Translations under genes and position numbers: made by a program
NCBI GenBank assembly: GCA_963755715.1
Contig: CAVWLW010000032.1
Span: forward strand, 22,564 to 86,563
Source: an uncultured delta proteobacterium
GTDB lineage: Bacteria; Desulfobacterota; Binatia; UBA9968
Direction: 5' to 3'
DNA length: 64,000 nucleotides
Shown here: positions 18,617-27,002 of the stretch, in pieces
Layout: each line of letters begins with the position of its first letter
Numbering within the stretch: position 1 is the stretch's first letter
Notes under the pieces: model-generated
What the model was told of the DNA's origin: nothing
Seen by the model: the letters and a program-made list of their open reading frames with translations, nothing else
Databases searched by the model: none

Positions 18617-19654
18617 TTAAGACTTAGTTGCTGTGTCCAGCACATAGACGGGTTCAAATGCCTCGGCCGGCTCCTTAAGAACGCCAGATCGAGCGCAGGG
18701 GTGGCGGTCGCGAGCCAATGAATACCCAAGGCCCTTGAGGTCCTGAATTAATCGCCAGTCGTCCATCTTATATGTGTTGTAGGGGACGATATGGTTTATA
18801 CGGTGTATGGCCGTGCGCTCATGTTCGTGGCCGGTGGCGAGCTTTGCGATACCCATGGCCCCGTGGGACTGCCCGTCCATGAAAAGCTTTACGAGCTTCG
18901 TGCCGAGCGTTCCGATCCCAGCCGATTTCGGAACGGCTAGGTTTCTTCAAGGCAACCGAGGCTCAGGATGTGCAGGGAATCCCGTGACAGCCGAGGAGCG
19001 TCACGGCCTCGACAACGGCGAGATCGATCGGATTGTTCGCCCAAATGCCGCCATCCAAGAGCCCAACACCGTGCTCTGTAATGTGTTGTGGAAAATATGT
19101 CGGTGCCGCGGCGGTCGCGAGCGCGATGTCAACGGCGAACGACTTGTAATCGTTTCTGAGGCGCGGGTGATGCGCCGTCTTGTAGATATACACAGATTGG
19201 GCAACGGGGTTCAGCGGGGATGACAAGTCGGGTTTTCGCGTCACCGAGCCTTTTTCGCCGAGCACATCATGGAGAACGGTGCGCAGAGGTGCTGGGTCAT
19301 GCTTCCTCCGATACACCCAGCGGAGCGCGCGCAGATTTCGGCAAAGATAGTCGGCCACCGGGCGGTCGCCACCGAAAATCTCCGGGCCACGTTGTTCGTA
19401 AAGGTCCAGGAGATAAGAGAGGCCGAAAGGTTCATATTCAAGACCAATAGCGATGATTCCGCCGGTTGAGGTCCCTGCGATCAGATCGAAATAGGAGACG
19501 ATCGGGCGATTGAGATGTTGTTCGAGAGCGGCTAGAAAGGCCGCAGGGAATGTCTGAGAATGCCGCCGCCGTCGATGCACAGTATGCGGCGTTTTGCGGG
19601 CTCACCGTCGTTTTCAATTCCACTTAACTGCACCGATTTTCTGCTTCTCACCAC
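18617..19654 (-). pseudogene. Patatin-like phospholipase (CapV-like effector), at least two frameshifts
   Basis: N-terminus …KRRILCIDGGG (oxyanion motif), then a frameshift. Next frame has …FPAAFLAALEQHL…DLIAGTSTGGIIA (GxSxG) …LLDGGIWANNP (catalytic Asp). The C-terminal third continues in a further frame (18617..18955). Confidence 0.65.
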
Positions 19655-19759
19655 CTGAAGTTTGCGGCTAGGCCTCACTTGTGCAATCATGTTTCAGAGA
19701 TGATACAATCCGTCGAATCGAATGTCAAACAGGTTTTCACATATGAAACGGAGGCCCCA

Positions 19760-20125
19760 TGTCCAAGCTAACCTTGCAAATTCTCGGCAGGAGGTTGGCA
19801 GAAAAGCGAAAGTCACGAGGCATTAGAGAGGTCGCCAAGAAATCGGTGTTAGTCCGGCGACATTGTCCGAATTGAGCGAGGCTATGTCCCTGATATAGAA
19901 ACATTCGGTAAGGTTTGCCGGTGGATGGACGTCGATCCCGGTGAGATCTTAGGAGTAAAGCCGAAGGTGGCTAGTAAACCGAAAGCCGCTGTTCACTTTA
20001 AGAAGGATCAAACTTTGCAAATCGAAACTGCACAAGCTCTCGCTCAAATGATTCTCGCAGCCCAGCGCGCCATGATGGCTTCTGAGGGACAAGAGAATAG
20101 GCCGCTGTGTTGGTCCGGGGTTTAA
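19760..20125 (+). pseudogene. XRE-family HTH regulator (Cro/C1-type), frameshifted
   Basis: MSKLTLQILGRRLAEKRKSRGIREVAK | EIGVSPATLSELERGYVPDIETFGKVCRWMDVDPGEIL… The HTH is split by a 1-nt indel at about 19845. It lies divergent from the patatin gene, and the spacer has TGTTTCA/TGAAACA inverted repeats. Confidence 0.5.
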
Positions 20126-20165
20126 AAGCTGGTGTGAAAATGTCTCCGTTCACCTGCGAAAGGAC

Positions 20166-20711
20166 TTGGGGCTTATACCTAGCGCACCTCTAGACGTGAA
20201 AGCCTTGGCGGAGTGGCTGCATATAGAAATATGGACTCCTCACCAAATTCCTGGGCTTGAGTCGAAATGGACGCATGTACTTCTTAAGAAAGATCCCGAT
20301 GCCTGGTCGGCAGTCACATTAGCCATAAACTCCAAGAATTTGATTATTTTGAACTCTTCTCATTCTAAAGCACGTCAAGCAAGTGACCTGACGCACGAAC
20401 TATCTCATATCTTGATAGGCCACGAGGCTGGTCGGGTAGATATCTCACCGGACGGGTTGTTGATGCTGAACACTTACAATAGAGACCAGGAGGATGAAGC
20501 AAATTGGATGGCGGGGTGCTTGCTCTTGCCAAGAGAAGCCTTGGCGGTTGCTATAAAGCAACAGGTCGACTTCGAGATTACAGCAAAAAAATACGGAGTG
20601 AACCGTGAGATGCTACGTTGGCGGCTTAACGTAACCGGCGTGCAACGTCAGTTTGCACGAGGGCATAACAGGGCTCTGGGGTCTAACTTCCTAGGTCCCG
20701 ACGCTGATTAA
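20166..20711 (+). CDS. ImmA/IrrE-family metallopeptidase
   Basis: HEXXH-type motif (LTHELSHILIGHE). Sits next to an XRE regulator in the low-GC segment (about 42% GC, against about 62% for the window). Confidence 0.7.
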   Translation: MGLIPSAPLDVKALAEWLHIEIWTPHQIPGLESKWTHVLLKKDPDAWSAVTLAINSKNLIILNSSHSKARQASDLTHELSHILIGHEAGRVDISPDGLLMLNTYNRDQEDEANWMAGCLLLPREALAVAIKQQVDFEITAKKYGVNREMLRWRLNVTGVQRQFARGHNRALGSNFLGPDAD

Positions 20712-20915
20712 CGACGGAGCAGGGCTATTCAGGTAAATGTGGCAATGAAACGTTCTTATCGACTTTTGATAGAGGGCCTGGCTTTTGAATCTCATCATTT
20801 CCAACAATCAAAAAGAAAGATTTGAGACAGCATCGAAAGATTCGACACTAACAGCTACTATAAAGAAATTTTGACCTGAAACGTATTCCCCGTACCGAGA
20901 CCGAGTAGGGACGCC

Positions 20916-21932
20916 ATGACAGTTCGCATTGCCCAGTTCGTGCACGCCACCCACGATGTGGTGGACGAAGCTTTCCTGCGGGAATTTCCTGAAGTCGAGG
21001 CGGTGAAGGCCAATAACCTCGAAGCCCTGTCCGATGCGCTCGCCGGGGCGGAAATCTTCCATGTCTACAATTCCGCCTTTACACCGGAGTTCGCGAAGCT
21101 CGTGCGCGACAAGGGTCGTGCGCTGAAGTGGATTCAGTTCACGACCGTAGGCATCGATGTCGCGCTGAGAGTGGGACTGCCCGACGGCGTTTGGGTCACG
21201 AATTCCGGCGATGTGAGCCAGCGGGTGCTGGCCGGGCACGCCATCGCCCTGATGCTTGGCGTGATGCGGGGATTCCGTAGATTCGAGCCGCTGCGTGCGC
21301 GGCATGATTATGCGCGGCAGAGCTTGCCCCGCTACATGGTCGCGCCCGATGGCGCGCGCATGGTGATCCTCGGCATGGGCCGCATCGGTCAGGACATCGC
21401 GCGCAAGGCCAAGGCATTCGACATGGAGGTGATCTGCGTCACCCGCGCGCCCGCTCCCGCCGTGCCCGAGATCGACCGCGTGGTGCCCCGGGAAAAGGTG
21501 GACGAGGTGCTTCCTACTGCCGACGCGGTAATGATCGCGATGCCGCTCGACGCCGGCACTCAAGGATTTTTAAGCGCGGCAAGAATCGCGCTCATGAAAG
21601 AGACGGCTATCCTGGTAAATATCTCCCGCGGCAAGGTGGTGGACGAAGCCGCTCTGGCCCGCGCCCTCGCCGAAGGCCGCATCATGGGGGCAGGGCTCGA
21701 CGCTTTCGCCAAAGAACCGTTGCCCGCGGATAGTCCGCTCTGGGATCTCCCCAACGTGCTGATGACGCCCCATGTCGGCGGTAACGGCGGGCGCGAATTG
21801 TGGCGGCGGATGAGCGAACTTGTGCGCGACAACACGCGCCGCTATCTTTCGGGTGCGCCGCTCAAACACGTAGTGAGAACACCCGATGGGACGCTTCAAG
21901 GTTTTGAAAACCCGCAGGCTGGCAACTCATAG
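20916..21932 (+). CDS. D-isomer-specific 2-hydroxyacid dehydrogenase family protein
   Basis: NAD-binding VILGMGRIGQDIARKA and catalytic region …NISRGKVVDEAAL…TPHVGG. Confidence 0.85.
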   Translation: MTVRIAQFVHATHDVVDEAFLREFPEVEAVKANNLEALSDALAGAEIFHVYNSAFTPEFAKLVRDKGRALKWIQFTTVGIDVALRVGLPDGVWVTNSGDVSQRVLAGHAIALMLGVMRGFRRFEPLRARHDYARQSLPRYMVAPDGARMVILGMGRIGQDIARKAKAFDMEVICVTRAPAPAVPEIDRVVPREKVDEVLPTADAVMIAMPLDAGTQGFLSAARIALMKETAILVNISRGKVVDEAALARALAEGRIMGAGLDAFAKEPLPADSPLWDLPNVLMTPHVGGNGGRELWRRMSELVRDNTRRYLSGAPLKHVVRTPDGTLQGFENPQAGNS

Positions 21933-22162
21933 TGGGTGAATCTGAGGTCGAGAGTTTTATGCGAAAGACCAAAACCACTCGCTACGACGTTGCCGAACAC
22001 CTGCGAACACCGGAGGAAATGGCGGCATATCTTGAGGCTTGCCTCGATGAGGCAAAAGGAGATGCCGCCTTTATAGCCAAAGCTCTCGGCGATATTGCAC
22101 GCGCCCGCGGCATGACGCAGGTGGCGCGTGACACCTTTCGGTTTCAAGCATTGGCACGCTGA
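21932..22162 (+). CDS. Putative addiction-module antidote HTH protein (TIGR02684-like), orphan
   Basis: …TRYDVAEHLRTPEEMAAYLEACLDEAKGDAAFIAKALGDIARARGMTQVAR…. No RelE/ParE-type partner lies adjacent. Confidence 0.5.
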   Translation: MGESEVESFMRKTKTTRYDVAEHLRTPEEMAAYLEACLDEAKGDAAFIAKALGDIARARGMTQVARDTFRFQALAR

Positions 22163-22215
22163 GGCGGCTGAGAGGTAATTAAGAGTCGTGCCGGAGCGTT
22201 GCACTGCTGCCTGGC

Positions 22216-22905
22216 GTGGGAATGGAAAGGGGAAACGAAAACATGATCGACGAAAGCTATAACGCAATCAAAAACGATTTCATCATGGCGCTTCGGATCA
22301 TTTACCGTGAGGGACTGAGCGACGCGTTTGCTCATCTCAGCCTGCGCAGCAACGAGGGCGATGAAATGATGTTCATGCCGCGCAAGAGTCCGGCTATAGT
22401 CAAGAGCGAGGAATTGTTTTTTGTCGACTTCGATAAATCCGTGCCGCAGTCTTCCTTGCACCAGGCGATCTATAAAGCCCGTCCCGATGTCAAAGCGGTT
22501 TTTCACTTCCACTCGCCGGCGGTGGTTCTGCTGAGCGTCGTCGGCCAAACCATTCGGCCGATGCATAACTACAGCGCGATTTTCTACGAAGGCGTGCCGC
22601 TCTATACCGGAACGGGGCAGGTCGAATCGCCGGCGCGGGCCGGGGAAATGGCCAAGTTGCTCGGCAACGCCAAGGCGTTGATGCTGCGCGGACACGGCGC
22701 CGTAGTCGTCGGACAGTCGATTCGTGAGGTTTGCATCTTGGCGCTTTTCTTAGAGGAGTCGGCGCGGCTGCAAACCGAAGCGATAAAACTGGGTACGCCG
22801 ATGTTTATGGAGCGCGACGAAGCCGAGAAGATCGCCAAGCGAACCTTCAAGCCGACCTCCGTCGAACGTGCTTGGGACCATTTTGTCGCGAAATACGCCG
22901 ATTGA
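22216..22905 (+). CDS. Class II aldolase/adducin-domain protein
   Basis: …AFAHLSLRSNEGDEMMFMPRKSP…FHFHSPAVVLLSV…MLRGHGAVVVGQSIREV…. Confidence 0.75.
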   Translation: MGMERGNENMIDESYNAIKNDFIMALRIIYREGLSDAFAHLSLRSNEGDEMMFMPRKSPAIVKSEELFFVDFDKSVPQSSLHQAIYKARPDVKAVFHFHSPAVVLLSVVGQTIRPMHNYSAIFYEGVPLYTGTGQVESPARAGEMAKLLGNAKALMLRGHGAVVVGQSIREVCILALFLEESARLQTEAIKLGTPMFMERDEAEKIAKRTFKPTSVERAWDHFVAKYAD

Positions 22906-22974
22906 TTTTGTTGTTCGGCCGGGCAGCCCGATCTCATCGACTGGAAATGGTCGGTTAATATCTCTCTCGGGGAT

Positions 22975-23060
22975 GGTTGAAAATCCCTCGCCTTCAGGCG
23001 AGTGAGAGTTCGTCATGCCGGCGAACGCCGACATCCAGGTTCGTTTTGGAAAACTATACC
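22975..23060. repeat. Palindromic repeat element related to the one at 13195-13290
   Basis: CCTCGCCTTcAGGCGAG hairpin, then cGTCATGCCGGcgaacgCCGaCATCCAGG. Confidence 0.35.
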
Positions 23061-23191
23061 GGCGCGCCGGCAATTACGAAAAGGCTAAGACGCAGCTCGC
23101 CAACGGCGTTGCAATGATGCGCGAGATGGAGATGGGACTGTGGCTGCAAAAGGCTGAGGCTGAGTTGAGGGAACTAGAATCATTCCGTTAA
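23030..23191 (+). pseudogene. C-terminal TPR-like fragment of a larger regulatory protein (remnant)
   Basis: …FGKLYRRAGNYEKAKTQLANGVAMMREMEMGLWLQKAEAELRELESFR*. The frame closes immediately upstream inside the repeat element. Confidence 0.3.
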
Positions 23192-23261
23192 CCAGACACC
23201 CTGTTGAAATTCTGCTTGGCCTAAAAATGAAGCGCAATGTGCGGGAAGTCGGTTCGAGCTG

Positions 23262-23340
23262 GAATGCGGCGAATTTATTGACTCGAAAAACTACCGGCTT
23301 GGGGCGGTTGCAATCCGAGATGCGCACGGAATACAAGAAC
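23262..23340 (+). repeat. thyX 3'-end direct repeat, copy 3 (degenerate, about 75% identical)
   Basis: Encodes …NYRLGRLQSEMRTEYKN*, compared with …KKYRLGRLQSEMRTEFKK in copies 1 and 2. Confidence 0.6.
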
Positions 23341-23346
23341 TAAAAT

Positions 23347-24363
23347 TTGAATAACAAAGGGACAAATATGAAATGCCGGCTTACCTTGATGGCCGCCTTG
23401 ACCGTATCGCTCTGCTTCATTCGCGCTTCGATGGCGCCGGCCCAAGTTGCGAGAATCAAAGTCGGCTACTCCTCGATCGGTGTCGGCCAGTCGCTCGTCT
23501 GGGTTGCTAAAGAGGCGGGGCTTTTCAAGGAGAACGGGCTCGATGTGCAGCTTATTTTTATCGGCAGCTCGAGTATCCTGACTCAAGCCGTGATCGCCGG
23601 CGACGTGCCGATCGCGATCATGTCCGGCACGGCGGCGATCGGCTCGCAATTGGCGGGATCGGACGTTGTCATGGCTGCGAGCACAAAAAAAGATCCAGCC
23701 CAGGCATTTCTGGTCACCGCAAAAGGAATTTCACAACCCGCGCAGCTCAAGGGGAAAAGACTGGCGGTGAGCCGGCTCGGCGCATCTTCGGATTTTATCC
23801 TCAGGTTGATTCTCAAAAAGATCGGCTTAGTGCCGGACAAAGACGTGGCGATTGTGCAGATCGGCTCTTCGCCGGTCAGAATGGCCGCCTTGGTCAATGG
23901 CGCCGCCGATGGCACGGCGCTGACCTTCGAAGAGATGATGGTGGCCAAGAAAATGGGTTTTAACGTCATGCTCAACCTCGTGGAGTTGGGTGTCGAATCG
24001 CTAAACAGCGACGTCGTGACGACGCGAAAATTTATGCGGGAGTCGCGGGAAACCGTCCAACGGTTCATCAAGGGCATGATCAAAGGAGTGAGTTTCTTCG
24101 CCGCCAATAAAAAATTTTCCATGGATGTTATTGCCCGCTACACCAAGAGCAACGACACGGAAAAGATCGAATATGGCTATGACTATGCGGCAAAAATCTT
24201 TCTCAGGAAGCCTTACCCGCCGATCAAGGGAATCCAACTCGCCCTCGAAGAGATCGGCGAAAGAACTCCCGCGGCGAAGACAGCGAGTCCGGAGCAGTTT
24301 ATCGACATCTCTATCGTAAAAGAGCTCGATCAGAGCGGCTTTATCGATGCGCTTTACAAATAG
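23347..24363 (+). CDS. ABC-type substrate-binding protein, NMT1/THI5 (SsuA/TauA)-like, with signal peptide
   Basis: Signal peptide followed by IKVGYSSIGVGQSLVWVAKEAGLFKENGLDVQLIFIGSS…. Confidence 0.8.
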   Translation: MNNKGTNMKCRLTLMAALTVSLCFIRASMAPAQVARIKVGYSSIGVGQSLVWVAKEAGLFKENGLDVQLIFIGSSSILTQAVIAGDVPIAIMSGTAAIGSQLAGSDVVMAASTKKDPAQAFLVTAKGISQPAQLKGKRLAVSRLGASSDFILRLILKKIGLVPDKDVAIVQIGSSPVRMAALVNGAADGTALTFEEMMVAKKMGFNVMLNLVELGVESLNSDVVTTRKFMRESRETVQRFIKGMIKGVSFFAANKKFSMDVIARYTKSNDTEKIEYGYDYAAKIFLRKPYPPIKGIQLALEEIGERTPAAKTASPEQFIDISIVKELDQSGFIDALYK

Positions 24364-24378
24364 AATCGGAGAAGATCT

Positions 24379-25378
24379 ATGCGGCTTGCGGTCAGATTAA
24401 CTAGCGTCATTCTCGGACTGCTGCTTGCGCCAGTGGTAGCTTCGATTGCCCGCGCGGCGTCGGTGCCCCAGAAAGCGACCTTCACTTACGGCGGCTTGAA
24501 TGAACGCAGCGGTGTGCTGTTCGTCGCGCGCGATGCGGGGATTTTTCAGAAGCATGGCTTGGACGCGACGATCGTCAATGTGCGTAATGCGCAGGTCGGC
24601 ATGTCGGCGCTCGCCGGAGGGGAGACTCAGTTCCACGTCGGGCTCGGCCACGGGTACCTCTATCGGAGCCATGGCGGGCGGTCTCGATCTCGCTTTTATC
24701 GCGGGGCTGATCAATAAGCTCGACGGCGCGTTTGTCGTCAATTCGAGCATTCGTTCTCCGGCGGATCTCAAGGGCAAACGGATCGGTATTCAGAGCATCG
24801 GCGGCGGTGTTTGGATGTTTACCATGCTCGCCTTCGATCACTGGGGGCTCGATCCCGATCGCGATAAGATTCAGTTTCGCATCCTCGGCGACCAATCGGT
24901 GCAGGCCCAGGCGATCGCCCAGAACGTTATCGACGGCGGGTATCTCAGCTATTCCTACGGCGCGCAGTTGGAGCGCCAGGGATATCGAATCATGGCCGAC
25001 CTGATAAAGATGGGCATTCCGTATCAGGGCCTGGGCGTCATGGCGAAGCGCAGCTTGATCGACAAAAATCCCGAACTACCGGAGCGAGCGCTGCGGGCGC
25101 TGGTGGAGACGATCACTTTCGTCAACAATCCGGCTAACAAGAACGTCGTGGTGAAATCTCTGGTGAAAGAGCTCCGGCTAACGAAAGTCGAAGATGCCCA
25201 GGCCGGTTATGAAATGATGCGGGTGCTTTTTGAAAAGCGCATCTATCCCAATGTTGACGGTTTGCGCAACGTCATTCGCCTCCTCGGTCGTACCAGCGAG
25301 CCCATCCGCAAGCTCAAGGTCGAGGACATCATCGACGACCGCGTGGTGCGGAAGTTGGAAAAGGAAGGGCTCTTCTAG
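24379..25378 (+). CDS. NMT1-like substrate-binding protein (frameshift at about 24660)
   Basis: Signal peptide plus …FTYGGLNERSGVLFVARDAGIFQKHGLDATIVNV… The rest continues in a second frame to 25378. Confidence 0.65.
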
Positions 25379-25529
25379 GCAGGCTGCTGAAAAAGACCCA
25401 TATGCATTCGTTGCGCACTCGATCGATTGCGCGTCAACGTACAAGAGTACGCCTCCGCTGTGCCAGTCAGATCCTTCGCGCGCCTCGCCTCTGGATCTTT
25501 TTGAGCAGCCTGCAAGAGGCTTTTTCACT

Positions 25530-25615
25530 AGGAATGGAGTCACTGGAATAATGGAGTGATGGAGTGATGCGTTAAGACCCAGCATTCCAACACTCCAGTA
25601 CTCCATCACTCCAAC
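25530..25615. repeat. Long imperfect palindrome (GGAGTGATGGAGT … ACTCCATCACTCC) in an intergenic region
   Basis: 13-bp perfect arms plus extended imperfect pairing. A second inverted repeat (GCAGGCTGCTGAAAAAG/CTTTTTGAGCAGCCTGC) lies about 110 nt apart at 25378-25520. Confidence 0.4.
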
Positions 25616-25706
25616 CGTCTCGACCTTGACGCTCCCGCGCCTCTGGTGGTAGACCTGCCCGTAGATTCAAAGTACGTAAACCACGCGTTCTAAGGAGGAA
25701 AAGTTT

Positions 25707-26768
25707 ATGGCTGGCAACGGCAGTAATGCAGGATTTGAAGTTTTAATTTCTTCTGACTCCCACGTGATGGAGCCGTCAGAGATTCTCGCCGAGCGAGCGC
25801 CGCAATCATTCAAAGATCAAGTACCACGCTTTCCGAAGTTGGAAGTCGGCAGCAGTTTCCAAACTCATCCCGGCGGATCGGACCCGACGCACCGAATCAA
25901 AGAGATGGAAACCGACGGTCTCAGCGCCGAAGTGCTCTTCCCGACGTATCTGTTGCCCCACTTCGCTATGGACGATGGTAAGCTCCAGGCAGTCTGTTTC
26001 CGCGCCTACAACGATTGGCTGATCGAGTATTGCAACGTGTCGCCGAAGCGCTTGATCGGGATCGCCGCGATCTCCGTCTACGATATCGATGAAGCTGTAA
26101 AGGAACTCGAGCGCTGCGCCAAGGCCGGCATAAAGGGCTCGATCATCTGGCAGGCGCCGCACCCGGATTTGCCGTTTCACTCGGAACACTACAACAAGTT
26201 CTGGGCGGCGTCACAGGATTTAGAAATTCCCGTGCATTTGCACATTCTGACCGGTCATGGTTACCACAAGGAGTCCGTGTTCGGGAATAAAAGGACCGGA
26301 GTTGAGGCTTATCGAGGCAGCGTCAACCTGAAGCTAAAGGAAATCATCGACGCATATTTCGAATTGATCTTTTACGGCGTGTTCGAGCGCTATCCCAAGC
26401 TAAGATTCGTCGGCGTCGAGAATGAAATCGGCTGGATGCCCTTCATGCTGCAGCAATGGGATTACTATTACAATCGCTTCAAGAAGGTGAATCCTCTCCC
26501 GATCACCAAGAATCCTAGCGAGTATTTCAAGAATCAGATTTTTGGAACGTTTTTTAGAGATACGGTCGCGGGACACAATTTTGAGCATTGGGGACAGGAC
26601 AACTGCATGTGGTCCAACGACTATCCGCACGGCAATTCGACCTGGCCGGATTCGAAAAAATTTATCGACCGCGACCTCGGCCACTTGCCGGCCGATATTC
26701 GCAAGAAGCTGGTCTATACCAACGTGAAAAATCTCTACGACATCGATATTCCGCATCCGGTGCAGTAG
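25707..26768 (+). CDS. Amidohydrolase-2 family metal-dependent hydrolase
   Basis: …VLISSDSHVMEP… and a TIM-barrel hydrolase layout (…HLHILTGHGY…NDYPHG…). Confidence 0.75.
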   Translation: MAGNGSNAGFEVLISSDSHVMEPSEILAERAPQSFKDQVPRFPKLEVGSSFQTHPGGSDPTHRIKEMETDGLSAEVLFPTYLLPHFAMDDGKLQAVCFRAYNDWLIEYCNVSPKRLIGIAAISVYDIDEAVKELERCAKAGIKGSIIWQAPHPDLPFHSEHYNKFWAASQDLEIPVHLHILTGHGYHKESVFGNKRTGVEAYRGSVNLKLKEIIDAYFELIFYGVFERYPKLRFVGVENEIGWMPFMLQQWDYYYNRFKKVNPLPITKNPSEYFKNQIFGTFFRDTVAGHNFEHWGQDNCMWSNDYPHGNSTWPDSKKFIDRDLGHLPADIRKKLVYTNVKNLYDIDIPHPVQ

Positions 26769-27002
26769 GGGCGCGGATTTGGTCGTGTGACCCATTGGCG
26801 CGCTGGCGGACGAGACGAAGTCTGACAGCGCGCCATTTTTTTGGCCGTAGTGTATCGCGGAAGATATGATTCAACTCTTACCACGAAGGACAGCGATAGT
26901 TCGAACGAAGGTTTAATCTCAATTGGGATCCGAGGACCCTTCGTGTCCATTCGCGTGACTTCGTGAGTTAAGACAAGTACAACTCGATACATAGGAGGTT
27001 TT

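Noticed and set aside
20808-21563. 251-aa minus-strand ORF
   Set aside because: Antisense to the 2-hydroxyacid dehydrogenase. His/Gly/Arg-rich low-complexity translation.
14871-23340. Search for an integrase or recombinase bounding the thyX-repeat-flanked segments
   Set aside because: No ORF or fragment with recombinase-like sequence (for example the catalytic R…HxxR…Y region) was seen in any frame. It is reported as absent rather than called.
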